Below are positions 15,531 to 33,580 of a stretch of 64,000 nt of DNA, piece after piece. The notes beneath the pieces are model-generated. The model saw only the letters and a program-made list of their open reading frames with translations, did no database searches and was not told where the DNA came from. Within the stretch, counting starts at the first letter, position 1. Each line of letters starts with the position of its first letter. This DNA is from Eledone cirrhosa (taxonomy: Eukaryota), in NCBI GenBank assembly GCA_964016885.1, contig OZ024748.1, positions 35,836,001 through 35,900,000 on the forward strand, in the 5' to 3' direction. A program made the position numbers and the translations under genes.

Positions 15531-15730
15531 GCTCATATATATATATATATATATATACATACACATGCTTGCTAATGGCGGAGGAAGGACGATCTGTTAT
15601 CAAAGAGACTCTCTTGGGATGAAATATTTATAGAGTAGTCTGTTGATATTTTCTGTTATTATATATTGCTGTTCTGTGATTGGTTGGACTCCTCACACAC
15701 ATACAGATACACAAACACACACGCACATAT

Positions 15731-15844
<114 letters not shown>

Positions 15845-16014
15845 GCATGCACATGTATGCGTTTTTACTCGTATATAAAAACAAGTATTATTATACCGCA
15901 ATACAAAGCGTGAAGTATATAATCTAAAAAATGTTGACTGCAAACATTCGCTAAAGCTGGCTTTTCAGGCATTTTGAAAGGTCTCTCACGTTATATATAT
16001 ATATATATATATGA

Positions 16015-16079
16015 ATGGTATCAACCTTATTGCACTGAAATCATAATAACTTCCAGGGGTTGACTGAAGAGATGGGACT
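16015..16079 (+). ncRNA. Strand-permuted (pseudoknotted) hammerhead-like RNA, variant 1
   Basis: atgg TA tcaacc ttattgcact GAAA tcat aataacttccagg ggttga CTGAAGA gatgggact; same architecture as 27223-27326 and 35838-35940. Confidence 0.6.
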
Positions 16080-16125
16080 TTCCGTCTTTCCGTTGTTTTT
16101 CAATTGTCTTTGTCCTTTGCGCCCC

Positions 16126-16175
<50 letters not shown>

Positions 16176-16187
16176 TACATATATATA

Positions 16188-20524
<4,337 letters not shown>

Positions 20525-20590
20525 TATGTATATATATATATATGTATATATACATACATATATATGTATATATACATATATATATGTATG

Positions 20591-20658
<68 letters not shown>

Positions 20659-20781
20659 GGAGGTGAGTTTTATTGTAGTACAATAAAGCAATGCAGATAT
20701 CGGATAAGAAGCACTCTACAGTTTGTGGGACTGGAGTATGCATAATATAAGATCAAAAGATGGTTAAAGGAGTTCCATATA

Positions 20782-20848
20782 TTTTATTATGCGCATTTCA
20801 AAAACAAACATCATCAAGCAATAATATTTGTGTTTTCATCAGATAAAA
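20782..20848 (-). ncRNA. Type I hammerhead ribozyme in inverted pLTR
   Basis: Reverse complement of 23294-23360. Confidence 0.85.
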
Positions 20849-20976
20849 CAGGAGAACATGATATGAAGGCTAAAAAACACTTGTGGATAGTGCAGTTTTA
20901 AATCAACATATGAAAAGTGGTTTTAGATTGATGTGTGATATTGGGAAAAATATTTTATTTAGAGAGGGGGGGGGGA

Positions 20977-22281
20977 AATTGCAATATAGTTAAACTTAAT
21001 ATTATTAAGAACAATATACGTAATCTCTTTAACCAACATAACCTAAAAATTGAATTTGATAATAGTATCAAACTAGCTAATTTCTTGGATGTATCTCTTA
21101 ATCTTGACACTGGCCTATATTACCCTTACCATAAAAACAATGAGAACCTTAATTATGTTAACTTTAAATCTAACCATCCTACCAATATCAAGAATGCTAT
21201 AGTTAATAATATTGGGAATAGAATATCTAACATATCTTCTAATAAAAACATCTTTGATGCTAACGCCAATTACTATAATAACGCACTTTCTAAAGCCGGC
21301 TATCCAGATAAAATCAAATATAATAAAGAAACAAATTCTAGAAAAACTTACAGTAGAATAATTAATCATGACCATTCCAATAATTTTAATAAAAGACCTA
21401 GATACAAAAACATAATCTGGTATAATGCTCCTTTCTCCATCTCTATTAATAACAATATTCCTAAATTATTTTTTAGTGCCTTAAATAAATGCTTCCCTCA
21501 CTCACATATCTATAGTAAAATATTTAACAAACACACCATCAAATTTTCGTACTCTACATCCTCCAATATTTCCAACATCATCTCTAAACACAACAACAAA
21601 ATATTAAATACTAAATCTCTTCCTTCCAATATTGAATTTCATAATAACAATAATAGTACTCCCGACGTCATTGTAAACCCTAGGCTAACTTCTGTAAACC
21701 CAAATACAACGTCAAACACAACTTCGCTAAATGTTCATAATCCAACTCTAAATCAAGAAACTATTATTCCTATTATTCCTATCGCAAACAACTTCTCCAA
21801 TCCAATTCCTTCTATAGATAACACTAGATCACTCATTAATAATCTCTCTAATTGCAACTGCCGCATTAAAAATAAATGTCCTCTCAACAACCATTGCCTC
21901 GATAAAAACCTAATTTATGAATGTAAAATTATAACTAGCACCAATTCCTTCACCTATTTTGGCTCCACTTCCACCTCTTTTAAAGCTCGTCTCTATAATC
22001 ATCATTCATCTTTCAAATACAAACTTAAAAGAACTAACACTGCTCTCTCAGAACTCATATGGTCCTTAAAAGACAAAAACATTAAATATACCATCTTTTG
22101 GAAGAAGATTTCTTCTGCATCCTCATACTTGAACAGCTCTCTATCTAAAATCTGTAATCTCTGCCTAAATGAAAAATTTACCATTATCTCTAACCTAGAT
22201 TCTATAATAAATAGACGCTCAGATTTGTTTTCTATCTGCCTGCATAAATTCCATAGAACTTTTCACAAAGTATACAGTTAA
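20977..22281 (+). pseudogene. C-terminal half of the PLE polyprotein (RT thumb plus GIY-YIG), lacking YRDD
   Basis: Matches copy 1 from NCNIVKL onward. The track's start at 20935 lies in the inverted pLTR and is chimeric. Confidence 0.88.
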
Positions 22282-23293
22282 TATTCAATTCTTTATCAAT
22301 TTAGAATCTTTTCTCAAAGGCACATATACATACACCTCTTTAAAATATACCCATCTACCTTACTTTAAAGGGCATTATACACTCTATAATACTCGTTTAC
22401 TCATTACCCTCATTCTATCTTCTCGTAAAATCATAACATTTTGTTTTTAACATTTGAATATTCATCCGCAATCATTATTATTTTTTCTCTCTATCATAAA
22501 TCTTTTTAATCTCAATTTCATCCTTAATTTATTATTATTTTTTTTTCTCCCCATCAACGAACTCATTATTAATACATATTAACTCTTTATTCGCACATAT
22601 TATCAATTCAATCAATATACAAACTTTAACTTCACATTATTTTTCTCAAATCCTTCTACACACAAACCTTAACAATTTTTCTCTTCGCTAATTTTGAAAT
22701 TGCCACAATACATACATTTCTTCTTTTGACGTTAGAATATTCACCCACAATTATTATTTTTTTCTCTCTATCTTCATAACATAATTTCCCTTCGTTAATT
22801 TTCAAATTCCTTTAATTTATACATTATCTTCCAACGGTTCCCAACCTCTCTATATTAAAACAATATATCTTTTTCTCAGTTATAAAAACTATCTCTTTCT
22901 CTCTATCACCCATCTCTCCCTCTCCACCTTCACTCTCATCTACTCCCCCTTTTTTTCATCCTTTCCACCCCCCCCCCTCCCTAAATAAAATATTTTTTCC
23001 TCGCACATATCCTCCCTTCGTTAATTTTCAAAATTTTTAATTTATACAGTATCTTCCAACGGTTTTCAACCTCTCTATGTAAAAAATATATCTCCTCTCA
23101 GTTATAAAAACTATCTCTTTCTCTCTATCACCCATCTCTCCCTCTCATCTCCTTCCCTTTTCATCCTTTCCCCCCCTCTCTAAATAAAATATTTTTCCCA
23201 ATATCACACATCAATCTAAAACCACTTTTCATATGTTGATTTAAAACTGCACTATCCACAAGTGTTTTTTAGCCTTCATATCATGTTCTCCTG

Positions 23294-23360
23294 TTTTATC
23301 TGATGAAAACACAAATATTATTGCTTGATGATGTTTGTTTTTGAAATGCGCATAATAAAA
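23294..23360 (+). ncRNA. Type I hammerhead ribozyme in 3' pLTR
   Basis: ttttat CTGATGA aaacacaaatattatt-gctt-gatgatgtttgttttt GAAA tgcgca TA ataaaa; predicted cleavage after 23354. Confidence 0.88.
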
Positions 23361-23545
23361 TATATGGAACTCCTTTAACCATCTTTTGATCTTATATTAT
23401 ATATATATATATATATAAGTATGTACACGTACATACATATATGTATACAGATGTACAGTAGTATATAAGTATGTACGTGTACATACTTATATTTAAGTAA
23501 CAGCCGTACTAAGAGTGGGAAATGAAATTTCGTTTCATTTTTTCC

Positions 23546-23613
<68 letters not shown>

Positions 23614-23918
23614 TAGGAAGTGTGTTAGCAGCCGAAGATTGGTTGACTTATGAAACATTTTGAAATTTGAACATATAGTCTCCATAATGTAGATAACTAT
23701 AATAAATGTTCAATAAAACGAGTAAAATACTCCTTGAGATTGAAAACAGTGGACGGAACACCCGAGACTAACACACCTCGGTCCACTTTTTCCCGTCTCT
23801 TATTCCGCTTATATTATTGACTATTATTATAATCTCCAGCATGAGGACAACCAAATTTCAAATTTCTCTATATATCCAAATCTGTCCATCTACCTATCTA
23901 CGTATCTCTCTCTGTCAT

Positions 23919-24085
<167 letters not shown>

Positions 24086-24821
24086 AAGAATAGAGGTGTG
24101 ACACACGAGTTGTGATATATTAGTAAAACGGAAAAGAAAATGCTGACAAATTTTTCCCAGTGAAAAATAGTTTAATTAGGAATAAGTATAAATTAGTAAT
24201 CAGTATTAGTTAGTATTCAGATTCAGTTTTAAGTTTTTACCGGTGCGCATTTCTAATGTTGTGATTTTTGCTCTAATATATATATATATATATTTCTAAA
24301 TCACGTCATTTGCTTGAAGGTTATTTGTTTCCATAGAAACCTAATGGAAAGCAGTTTTTAATCGAAACAGTGAAAACAAAACCAAAACCAAAACAAAACA
24401 AAACCAAAACCAAACCAAACCAAAACCAAATAAAAAACAGACAATTAAAAACACAAAACAACAAAACCAAAAGTGAAATCCCAAGAAAAGATAAAAGATC
24501 GAAGTAGAATTGATCTTTTATGTGGAAGACGGTGAGAAATGGAAGTCAAGTTAAATGTGGTCTTTATAAATAAATTACCAAATAGAAATATCAATAACCA
24601 ATGAGAAGACAATAAAACCATTGTTACTTAAAATACTTGCGACACTACGGCAAGTTCATATTATGTAGATAGCAGTATTGATCTGATGTAGTGTTATCGA
24701 TCCAATGTAAATAACTGATCTTATTATTATGTAATCATTTATATAACAATTAACCCAGATATCAGTTATCATAATATTGAAACATCCCACTTTCATCGAG
24801 GATGGGAGAGAAAAAAAAACA

Positions 24822-24857
<36 letters not shown>

Positions 24858-24862
<5 letters not shown>

Positions 24863-25065
24863 CAGCGAGATTCGGATTTCGGCTGTGGTCGCAAACAAAG
24901 CGAAACGCAATATCCGAGTTATGTTGGCAAGCGCTCCATGGACCAAATAAAGACCAGAGCAATAAACATAGGTTATAAAGGCCAAACAAACTGAGACGGT
25001 GGTCAAGAAGCCATCAACCACCTAAGCCAAAAAGACGAGACAAGCCAAACAAGTCAAACAAAATA
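24858..25065 (-). mobile_element. Short element related to 27761-28448
   Basis: Shares cgagattcg.atttcggc and aaaggccaaaca.actgagacg.tggt with 27761-27900; bulged hairpin at 24933-24960; flanked by (TA)n. Confidence 0.6.
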
Positions 25066-25115
25066 ATATATATATATATGACAAAATAAGATACTGAGGT
25101 TACACATATCGTTTA

Positions 25116-25204
25116 ATCATTATAATTATTTCCACGGTTCTCCATGCAATCGATATGTCCTTCATGCATTTGCTGTTGTTATGAGAACGATCTCCTCAGA
25201 TGAT
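25116..25204 (-). ncRNA. Type I hammerhead ribozyme (stem II base degenerate)
   Basis: atcat CTGAGGA ..gttctc...gagaac.. GAAA taatta TA atgat. Confidence 0.7.
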
Positions 25205-25266
25205 ACGCGATATGTTTGATATGTCGCTGGCAGGAAAAATCACACGTCCTATTGCTTGTGTGCCCA

Positions 25267-25357
<91 letters not shown>

Positions 25358-25669
25358 CCCAATCTATTACCCTAAGTATTGAATACACTGGTGCGTTATG
25401 GTCCATCTGGTTCTTTACCACTCTTCCTTCGTTATATATAATATATATATATATATATATATTAGAAAGTGAAGTCTTTTTTTATGAAATGAAAAAAAAA
25501 ACGAGGTGTCCTACACGAGTGAAAGTATAAGAAAAAAAGATGAAAACGAAAACCCTCCATCTCAATTCTACTTTTGAAAAGCACAAGAACTGCGAAACCG
25601 GTAAAGGAACCAAATAAATATATTTAAAAAAAAGACTCCAGTTGCATTTTCGATTTCATCTTTTTCCCC

Positions 25670-25829
<160 letters not shown>

Positions 25830-25832
25830 TAT

Positions 25833-25986
25833 CAAGTAAGTATGTTTTGAAACAGTGAGCAGGTTTGAAATTAGAAAATAGAATAGCTTTCACCGTATTT
25901 TTGACTAAAGGAATTTTAGCCTGATAATGGGGTTTAGAACCCTCAGATAAATGGAAAAAGATGAGTATTGACGTCAATACTCATCT
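25833..25986. mobile_element. Short repeat family, homologous to fold-back 62923-63121
   Basis: Near-identical (reverse complement) to 62982-63121; ends in the palindrome gatgagtattgacgtcaatactcatc. Confidence 0.7.
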
Positions 25987-25989
25987 CAG

Positions 25990-26172
25990 ACGGTGAATTG
26001 GCAGTATCGGTAGAGGGTCGGATTATGCTTTCCAGCATAGTTACGTCCCTTTACGATCTGAGTTCAATTCCCGCCGAGGTTAACTTTGCCTTTCATCCTT
26101 ACTGGGTCGATAAAATAAAGTACCAGTAATGTACTGGGATAATTGCTGGCCTTGTGCCAAAAAGTAGAAACA
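25990..26172 (+). mobile_element. tRNA-derived SINE
   Basis: cggtgaattggcagtatcgg (A box) ... gagttcaattcccgcc (B box) ... ctggccttgtgccaaaaagtagaaac; AT-rich tail. Confidence 0.85.
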
Positions 26173-26380
26173 ATTATTTTTATTATTTTATTTCACTCTT
26201 ACCCACTAGGTTTTTAAGTGTACTCACTTAGGGTTGTATGTGGGCGCATATGCAGACAGACTTATGTGTACTTACATAATTACGTGTTTTTATATTTTTA
26301 TATGTATGCGTGTGTGTATGTGTATATATATATATATGTGTGTGTGTGTGTATGTGTGTTTGTGTATATATATATATATA

Positions 26381-26546
26381 TAATATAAGATCAAAAGATG
26401 GTTAAAAGAGTTCCATGTATTTTATTATGCGCATTTCAAAAACAAATATCATTATGGGATGATATTTGCGTTCTCAACAGATAAAATAAGGAGACATGAT
26501 ATGAAGCTTAAAAACACTTGCGAGCAGTGAAGTGTTAAATCAACAT
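26381..26546 (-). mobile_element. Diverged solo pLTR of the 16661/20655 PLE family, with HHR at 26420-26486
   Basis: Homologous to 20743-20910. HHR reads ttttat CTGTTGA gaacgcaaatatcat-cccata-atgatatttgttttt GAAA tgcgca TA ataaaa, with pairing-preserving changes in stem II. Confidence 0.8.
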
Positions 26547-27150
26547 ATATATATATATATATAGATAGATATGTATTATATATTTGTTTATATGTGTTTG
26601 TATATATGTATGCATGTGTTTGTATATATATTTTTGTATATATGTTTATATATGTGTGTATGGATTTACGTATATGGTTATTTGTATGCGTGTGTTAATT
26701 TCTTATTGCGTGAGTGTGTGTGTACGCGTATGTGTACGTATGTACGTGGGTTATGTACCTTTGAGATTCATTTATATTTTTTGTAGTTTTTTTTGTACGT
26801 GTATGCATGTGGATATGTGTGTATTTGCATGTATGTATGTGTGTTTATATATTTGTGTGTGTGTATGTGTGTGTATATATGTGTTTATACATGTATATAT
26901 ATGTGTATGTATGCACATGTGTGTGTATGTGTACGTATATTTATTTTATATATATATATATATATAGGAAAGAGTAGGACCCCGACGGCTGAGTTCAATC
27001 CGTTTCGACGGCTAATTCCAGATTTACCGTTGAAACGGCTTGAGCCCAGCCGCCGGGGTCCTACTCTTTCCTATTACCCACTCTACTACCCTACGTATTG
27101 AGTACTTTGGTGCGTTATGGTCCACCTGGTTCCTTACCACATTTCCTTCG

Positions 27151-27215
<65 letters not shown>

Positions 27216-27222
27216 TAAAGTT

Positions 27223-27326
27223 AGTCCTTCATCAGTGATCTTCCAACCATCATAGGTATTGCTTCGCTTTAAAGACCATATACCTCCGGTTGGTGCGAGC
27301 AACGGCTCAAAAAAGTCGTTGGGACA
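27223..27326 (-). ncRNA. Strand-permuted hammerhead-like RNA, variant 2
   Basis: gtcc caacgac-loop-gccgttg ctcgca ccaacc gga ggta TA tggtctt taaagcgaa GCAA tacc tatgat ggttgg aagatca CTGATGA a ggac. Confidence 0.6.
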
Positions 27327-27553
27327 CGTAAATAAAGGGGACACGAATGTAAACAAACAAAGATGGTGAAGCAACGAAAAATGAGGAAGAAGAAGTCAAG
27401 TCCCAAATTTCTATGAATATAAATTCCGTGAAATCGTGAACGAGAGAGAATAAAGACCATCAAACCTGGTTGGAATGTGAGCAAGGAAGGAATTCCGTAC
27501 ATATACATATATATGCGTGTGTGTTTGCATGTGTGGATAGGTATATATGCATG

Positions 27554-27597
<44 letters not shown>

Positions 27598-27725
27598 TAT
27601 CTTGTGTATTTGTTTATATTTAAGTTGTTTTTATTTATCCCCCCTCCCCCCACACATTCACACCTATCGTTGTCAACACGTCCGTCCCCCCCTCTTTTAC
27701 TTTATTTTGTTTTCGTTTTTACTTT

Positions 27726-27760
<35 letters not shown>

Positions 27761-27764
<4 letters not shown>

Positions 27765-28448
27765 ATAAATTATCGAGATTCGCATTTCGGCCCAAGAAAT
27801 AACGAAAAATAACCTCCGAGATGTGAGGCAAGTGCTCAATGATTCAGATGAACCAAAGCTATAACAAACGTTAAAGGCCAAACACACTGAGACGATGGTT
27901 AAACAATCATTCGCATAACCAAAAAAACGATCAAGTAATTCGGGTATTGAAAATTTACCCGGACCCCTGGAAGGTTGGTAAAATCCAGTATTTGGGTTTT
28001 TGCGGCTCCTAAATCAAGTACCGTCCGCTTACATAAAAAATGACAGGCTTTTGGTAAGATGATTGAACAAGGAAGCCACTTTCTCAACAGGTTTTAGTTC
28101 AATGTTAATACAAGGACTGACTATTGCTGACTCCACGTGGGGATCGGCAAGGTAGGCAGCCCCTATATCAGGCGAATAAATTCAGTTGTGTATAATTTTG
28201 CAAGAATGCAAAAACATCACAAATCGAATAGAGTTCTCAACAGAAGGGTTAAAATTAACATAAGCTATTCATCAGGCAATAGAATCAACTAAAAAATCAA
28301 GAAAATTAACTGGTCAATAGCTAGAATCTGGAGATAAATACAAACATAAATTATCGACATTCGCATTTCGGCCCACGAAATAACGAAAAACAACCTCCGA
28401 GGTGTGAGGCAAGTACTCAATGATTCAGATGAAACAGAGCTATAACAA
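27761..28448 (-). mobile_element. Non-coding partial-tandem element, 581-bp period
   Basis: 27761-27868 is repeated at 28342-28448; the bulged hairpin is present in both repeats; begins at a (TA)n tract. Confidence 0.65.
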
Positions 28449-28449
28449 T

Positions 28450-28775
28450 ATTCGAAATATTAATAAATGAAGCCATTCATATAATCAAAATATATGTTTT
28501 ATTATATATATTTCGAAGGTACTGTGCTGTTTTTTCAGTACCTCCTCGTCAGATAAAATACCATCAAGACCGTTGAGGTATGTCATACATCAATTCATGT
28601 ATTTGTCTGACGAGGGCGTACTGAAAAAACATCACAGTACCTTCGAAATATATATAATAAAACATATATTTTGATTATGTGAATGTCTTCATTTATTAAT
28701 ATTTTGGATAATAACTCCAGAAAAATTTAATGTAGAGTGCTTTTAATCTATTGTAAAACTATATTCATTGTGTAA
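28450..28775. mobile_element. Fold-back PLE-end element with two back-to-back HHRs (28497-28558 minus, 28601-28662 plus)
   Basis: Arms at about 28450-28560 and 28599-28710; ttttat CTGACGA ggaggtactg..cagtaccttc GAAA tatata TA ataaaa; hairpin at 28714-28738. Confidence 0.85.
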
Positions 28776-29099
28776 TATATATATATATACACATATATTT
28801 TTGGTATTTTTTGTTCTTATTTTTTATTTTTTATTTAGTTATTTCTGCTTCCCTACTCCTTCCCAAATTTGAGTGCATATATATCTGTGTATATGTATGT
28901 GTATGTATTTATTATATACCTGTGTATATGTATGTGTATGTATTTATGTATATATCTGTGTATATGTATGTGTATGTATTTATGTTCCTGTCCATATTTC
29001 CTTGTAGACGCTAATACGCTTATGTGAGAAAGTATACGTCTACGTACTTTTTAGTATATGCGCGTAGTTGATTGTGTGTATGTTTACGTTCTGGATATC

Positions 29100-29188
<89 letters not shown>

Positions 29189-29284
29189 CCTATTTCCTTT
29201 TCGCCCATTTTTTTCAGCCTCACTTTCATATTTCCTAAATTTTGTTTTCAAATCCATATTTAATAAAAACACCATGTTTTTTTA

Positions 29285-29385
29285 TTCATTCTGACGACGA
29301 AAGACAGACACACTGGTAAATGAAATAATTATCTTATGTTGTTTATTACATAACTAATAAGCTCTGTAGCCTACATAGAGCACTC
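29285..29385 (+). ncRNA. Degenerate HHR followed by bulged hairpin
   Basis: CTGACGA (29291)...GAAA taatta TC; stems I and II pair poorly; gctc-tgt-agcct-aca-ta-gagc at 29361-29381. Confidence 0.5.
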
Positions 29386-29415
29386 TTTTTTCCTGTACCT
29401 TTCCGACGGAAATAC

Positions 29416-29454
<39 letters not shown>

Positions 29455-30352
29455 CTCAGACTGTTGATTATTTAATTAATTAATTCGTCATTGAGCCACA
29501 CCGTGAATGGTTGCCAAATACATATATATATATATATATATATGGCTCTGTCTAGTTTATGTGTATGTAAACGTCTATATTGTATATACTCCCGTAAGGT
29601 TGAGTAAAACTTTAGGCAGTATTCGGCTGCGCTTTGTAGCAAGCAGGCTACTCGCCGTCAGGCACCAATCACAAGCTTTCTGACAGGACCACTGGCCATG
29701 TGACAATTCTTAGCCATTTTGAATTCGTTTCTGGCGGGGATCATTTAAGAAAAATCTTTGTCCAATTGAGTTTGTCTCCTGGTGATTTCGAAACTCGTTG
29801 ATTTATCCATGATTGGATATTTCCAAAAACCGAATGAAATCTCAGGAGACAGAGATATGATTTTGGTATGTTTATGTACATTTTTTCTTCTAACTTTGAT
29901 TTTGTACCTAATTATGTATGGTTAACTATATGTCTAGTCAATTTCTACAGGCTATCAGAAATACTAGGTAAATCTTCTGTGACTGTGGATCGCGGATAAA
30001 AAGCTATCATTTATTTATCTATTATTTTTTCATAGGTACATTTTAAACTTATAGCCTCGTTTAATTGATTTTTTGGTGTGGTTGATTATGCTGATTGGGA
30101 GAAGAAATACTGTGTATATTTTATCAAATGATTCTATGGACTTACTTTCTTATATATATATATATATATATATATATAGGAAAAGGTTCAGGACCCCGAC
30201 GGCAGAGCTCAAGCTGTTTGGACGGTTATTTCTGGACTCAGAAATTTTTGCCGTCGGGGTCCTGAACCTTTTCCTATTACCCACTCTTCTACCCAAAGTA
30301 TCGAGTACTCTGGTCCGTTATGGTCCATCTGGTTCCTTACCGCACTTCCTTC

Positions 30353-30431
<79 letters not shown>

Positions 30432-30806
30432 GAGAGAGATAATTATATGCATGTACGCATTTATGTTTGTATGTAAGCACGTATGTACGACTTCATTAAG
30501 ACATCAGGAGAATGTCACTCTGATATAAAACCTGCGACTTCCTTTGCATCCAATGATGTAGACGAGTTCTACATTTTGGGCAAATATATTCCATGTTCGG
30601 AGAGTGGGAATTGGCCCCTTGCAAAGCCTTTCCTCACTTAAAAAAGCTTCAAGCACAGGCATAGCTTGATATGTGACGCTTTTTACGATGCAGTGTATTG
30701 CTGGCCATAAGCAAGTCCCTAACAGGACTAAAAACCCACGTCATGTATCAAGAGATGGCATTACTCGAAATCGAGATCCAGTCATCATGTATTTATATAT
30801 ATATAT

Positions 30807-30907
<101 letters not shown>

Positions 30908-31834
30908 CCTATATACATAACTGCCTGTTGTAGAATTTAATCAACAGTTCCGTGTTACAGTCATTACTTCCACCAGGAACCAAATATAGATCCTTTTATT
31001 GTCTTTTAGACAAATATTTACGAGAACAAAATATAAATTTACAAAAAATCAATTCCAATCCAAACAAGTAAGAGTTACCTAGCAACTGTTATTGATCTAA
31101 AGAAATGATTTGAACCTAATATTATTAGATTCTACAGCAGTGTGTCACGTGACTTTACCGGCTGTTTTAGCAGTTGAAATATTTAAAGGAATTTCAAGAA
31201 ATTTTTGATTGAACTCAAAAGAAAAATTTTTTAAATTTGAATTTAATCTTTTCTTTATATTGTCTTTTGAGCTTATGTATGTTTATATATGGTAGTTAAT
31301 ACACACACACATACACACACATACACACACATACACACACATACACACACATACACACACATATACACACACACATACACACACACATGCACACACATAC
31401 ACACATACATACACACACACATACACACACATACACACACACACACACACACATACACGCACACATACACACACAGACACACATGTACATATATACACAC
31501 ACATACACAGACACACAGACACACAAACACATACACACACACACTCATACACACACACACTCACATTAAAATTAGCTGATATCTCATTTAGAAATGGAGG
31601 AGAGGACAAGGAATAAATATGCGAAGTGGGGTGGTTAAGGCTCCACAGCCCTACCCTCCTCCGTGGCCACTGGACTGTCTGCCCTGTATTCCAAGCTACC
31701 ATCGGCCACGGGTATGTCTATATAACATGACATAAGATATATAAAATGAAATGGTATTGGAATGGTTCAACTACAGACATTGTTGTCAATGGTGAGAAAT
31801 AACTGTTGTACTTATGGTTAGAACATTACATGAG

Positions 31835-31866
<32 letters not shown>

Positions 31867-31870
31867 TCAT

Positions 31871-31920
<50 letters not shown>

Positions 31921-31922
31921 TA

Positions 31923-31954
<32 letters not shown>

Positions 31955-31956
31955 CA

Positions 31957-31990
<34 letters not shown>

Positions 31991-32014
31991 CACTACTACT
32001 ACTACTACTACTAT

Positions 32015-32085
<71 letters not shown>

Positions 32086-32132
32086 TTACTACTACTACCA
32101 CCACCACCACCACCACCACCACCACCACCACC

Positions 32133-32192
<60 letters not shown>

Positions 32193-32560
32193 GACACCAC
32201 TACTACCAGCGACATCATTACCATCACCATCACTACTATCATCTCCATTACTACTACCATCGCCATCATCACCACCATTACCACCATTAACACCAGCACC
32301 ACCACCACCATCATCACCACCATTACCACCATTAACACCAGCACCACCACCACCATCATCATCACTACCACCATCACCATCACCCCATTAACACCAGCAC
32401 CACCACCACCATCATCACCACCATTACCACCATTAACACCAGCACCACCACCACCATCATCGCCACCATTACCACCATTAACACCAGCACCACCACCATC
32501 ATCATCATCACTACCACCATCACCATCACCCCATTAACACCAGCACCACCACCACCACCG
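31835..32560. repeat. (ACT/ACC/ATC)n tract with ~39-bp sub-repeats
   Basis: Direct reading; explains the poly-T, Y and V ORFs. Confidence 0.9.
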
Positions 32561-33529
32561 CCAAAAACAACAACCATAACAGTAACAACAACAACAACAT
32601 AAAGTACAGTGCCATAAAATGATATTATTTGAAATGCCAGAAACATTTGGTTAATATCAGATATTGAGTCTGTTGGAAGATTTCTCTTGGATGGTGGTGC
32701 ATAGGAGAGGTGGAGAGGGTGGGGGAGATAGAGATGAACAGAGAGAGGGAGATAGTGATGAAGAGTAGGAGGAGATAGAGAGGAAGAGAGTGATTGGGAG
32801 AGAGAGGCGCAGAGAGAGTGATGGGGTGATAGGGGGAGAGAGTGATGGGGAGAGAGAGGCGCAGAGAGAGTGATGGGGGTGATAGGGGGAGAGAGAGAAG
32901 GAGGAGATAGAGGAGAACAGAGAGGAAGGGAGAGATGGGGGAGAGAAAGGGAGTGAGGGGAACAGAGAGGGGAAGAGAGAGGGAAGAGAAAGAGAATGAT
33001 GGGAAGAGAGAGGGGAAGGAAGAGACAAAAAAAAAGCTGTCGTCTGATTCAGATAATTTTTTTTCTTGGTCTCGTGATTGATTGAAAAAAACAACAACAA
33101 AAACAACAACAAAACAAAACAAACCGAAAAACTAGCCGAAGTAATCCTGCACTAAATGCTGTTATTTTGTTGGTTGGTTGGAGTTGTATATTTACTTTAG
33201 ATGTTGCTGAAGGGATTCCAAGCAATCTTGATATTAATATTTCGGTTTCATCTTGTTGTTGGTATTGCTGTTATTATTGTTGCTGTTGTATTTGTTGTTG
33301 ATGTTGCTACTGCTGCTGTTGTTGTTGGTATTGCTGTTGTATATGTTGTGGATGTTGCTACTGCTGCTGTTGTTATTGTTGTTGTTGTTCTTGTGAAAAT
33401 AGGGGAAGGTGTTCAAGTAAAAAAAATCAAAGCAAAACAAAACAATAAACAAATAAATAAAGAAAAGAAACAAACAAAAATATCTTTATGAAATTCCCCC
33501 GAGAGAAAAACAGAGCAAAAAGTCTTCCT

Positions 33530-33580
<51 letters not shown>

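Larger units (their letters stand above)
20655..23400 (+). mobile_element. Penelope-like element copy 2, 5'-truncated with inverted pLTR
   Basis: 20655-20975 is the inverted pLTR (reverse complement of 23170-23400 plus the 5' leader of copy 1). The body from 20976 is nearly identical to copy 1 from 17978. Confidence 0.9.

Noticed and set aside
25990-26100. tRNA gene
   Set aside because: A and B boxes are present, but the spacing is too long, there is no cloverleaf, and it is multicopy with a conserved 3' body, so it is a SINE.
31806-32537. Mucin-like Thr/Pro-rich ORF
   Set aside because: Trinucleotide repeat open in several frames on both strands.
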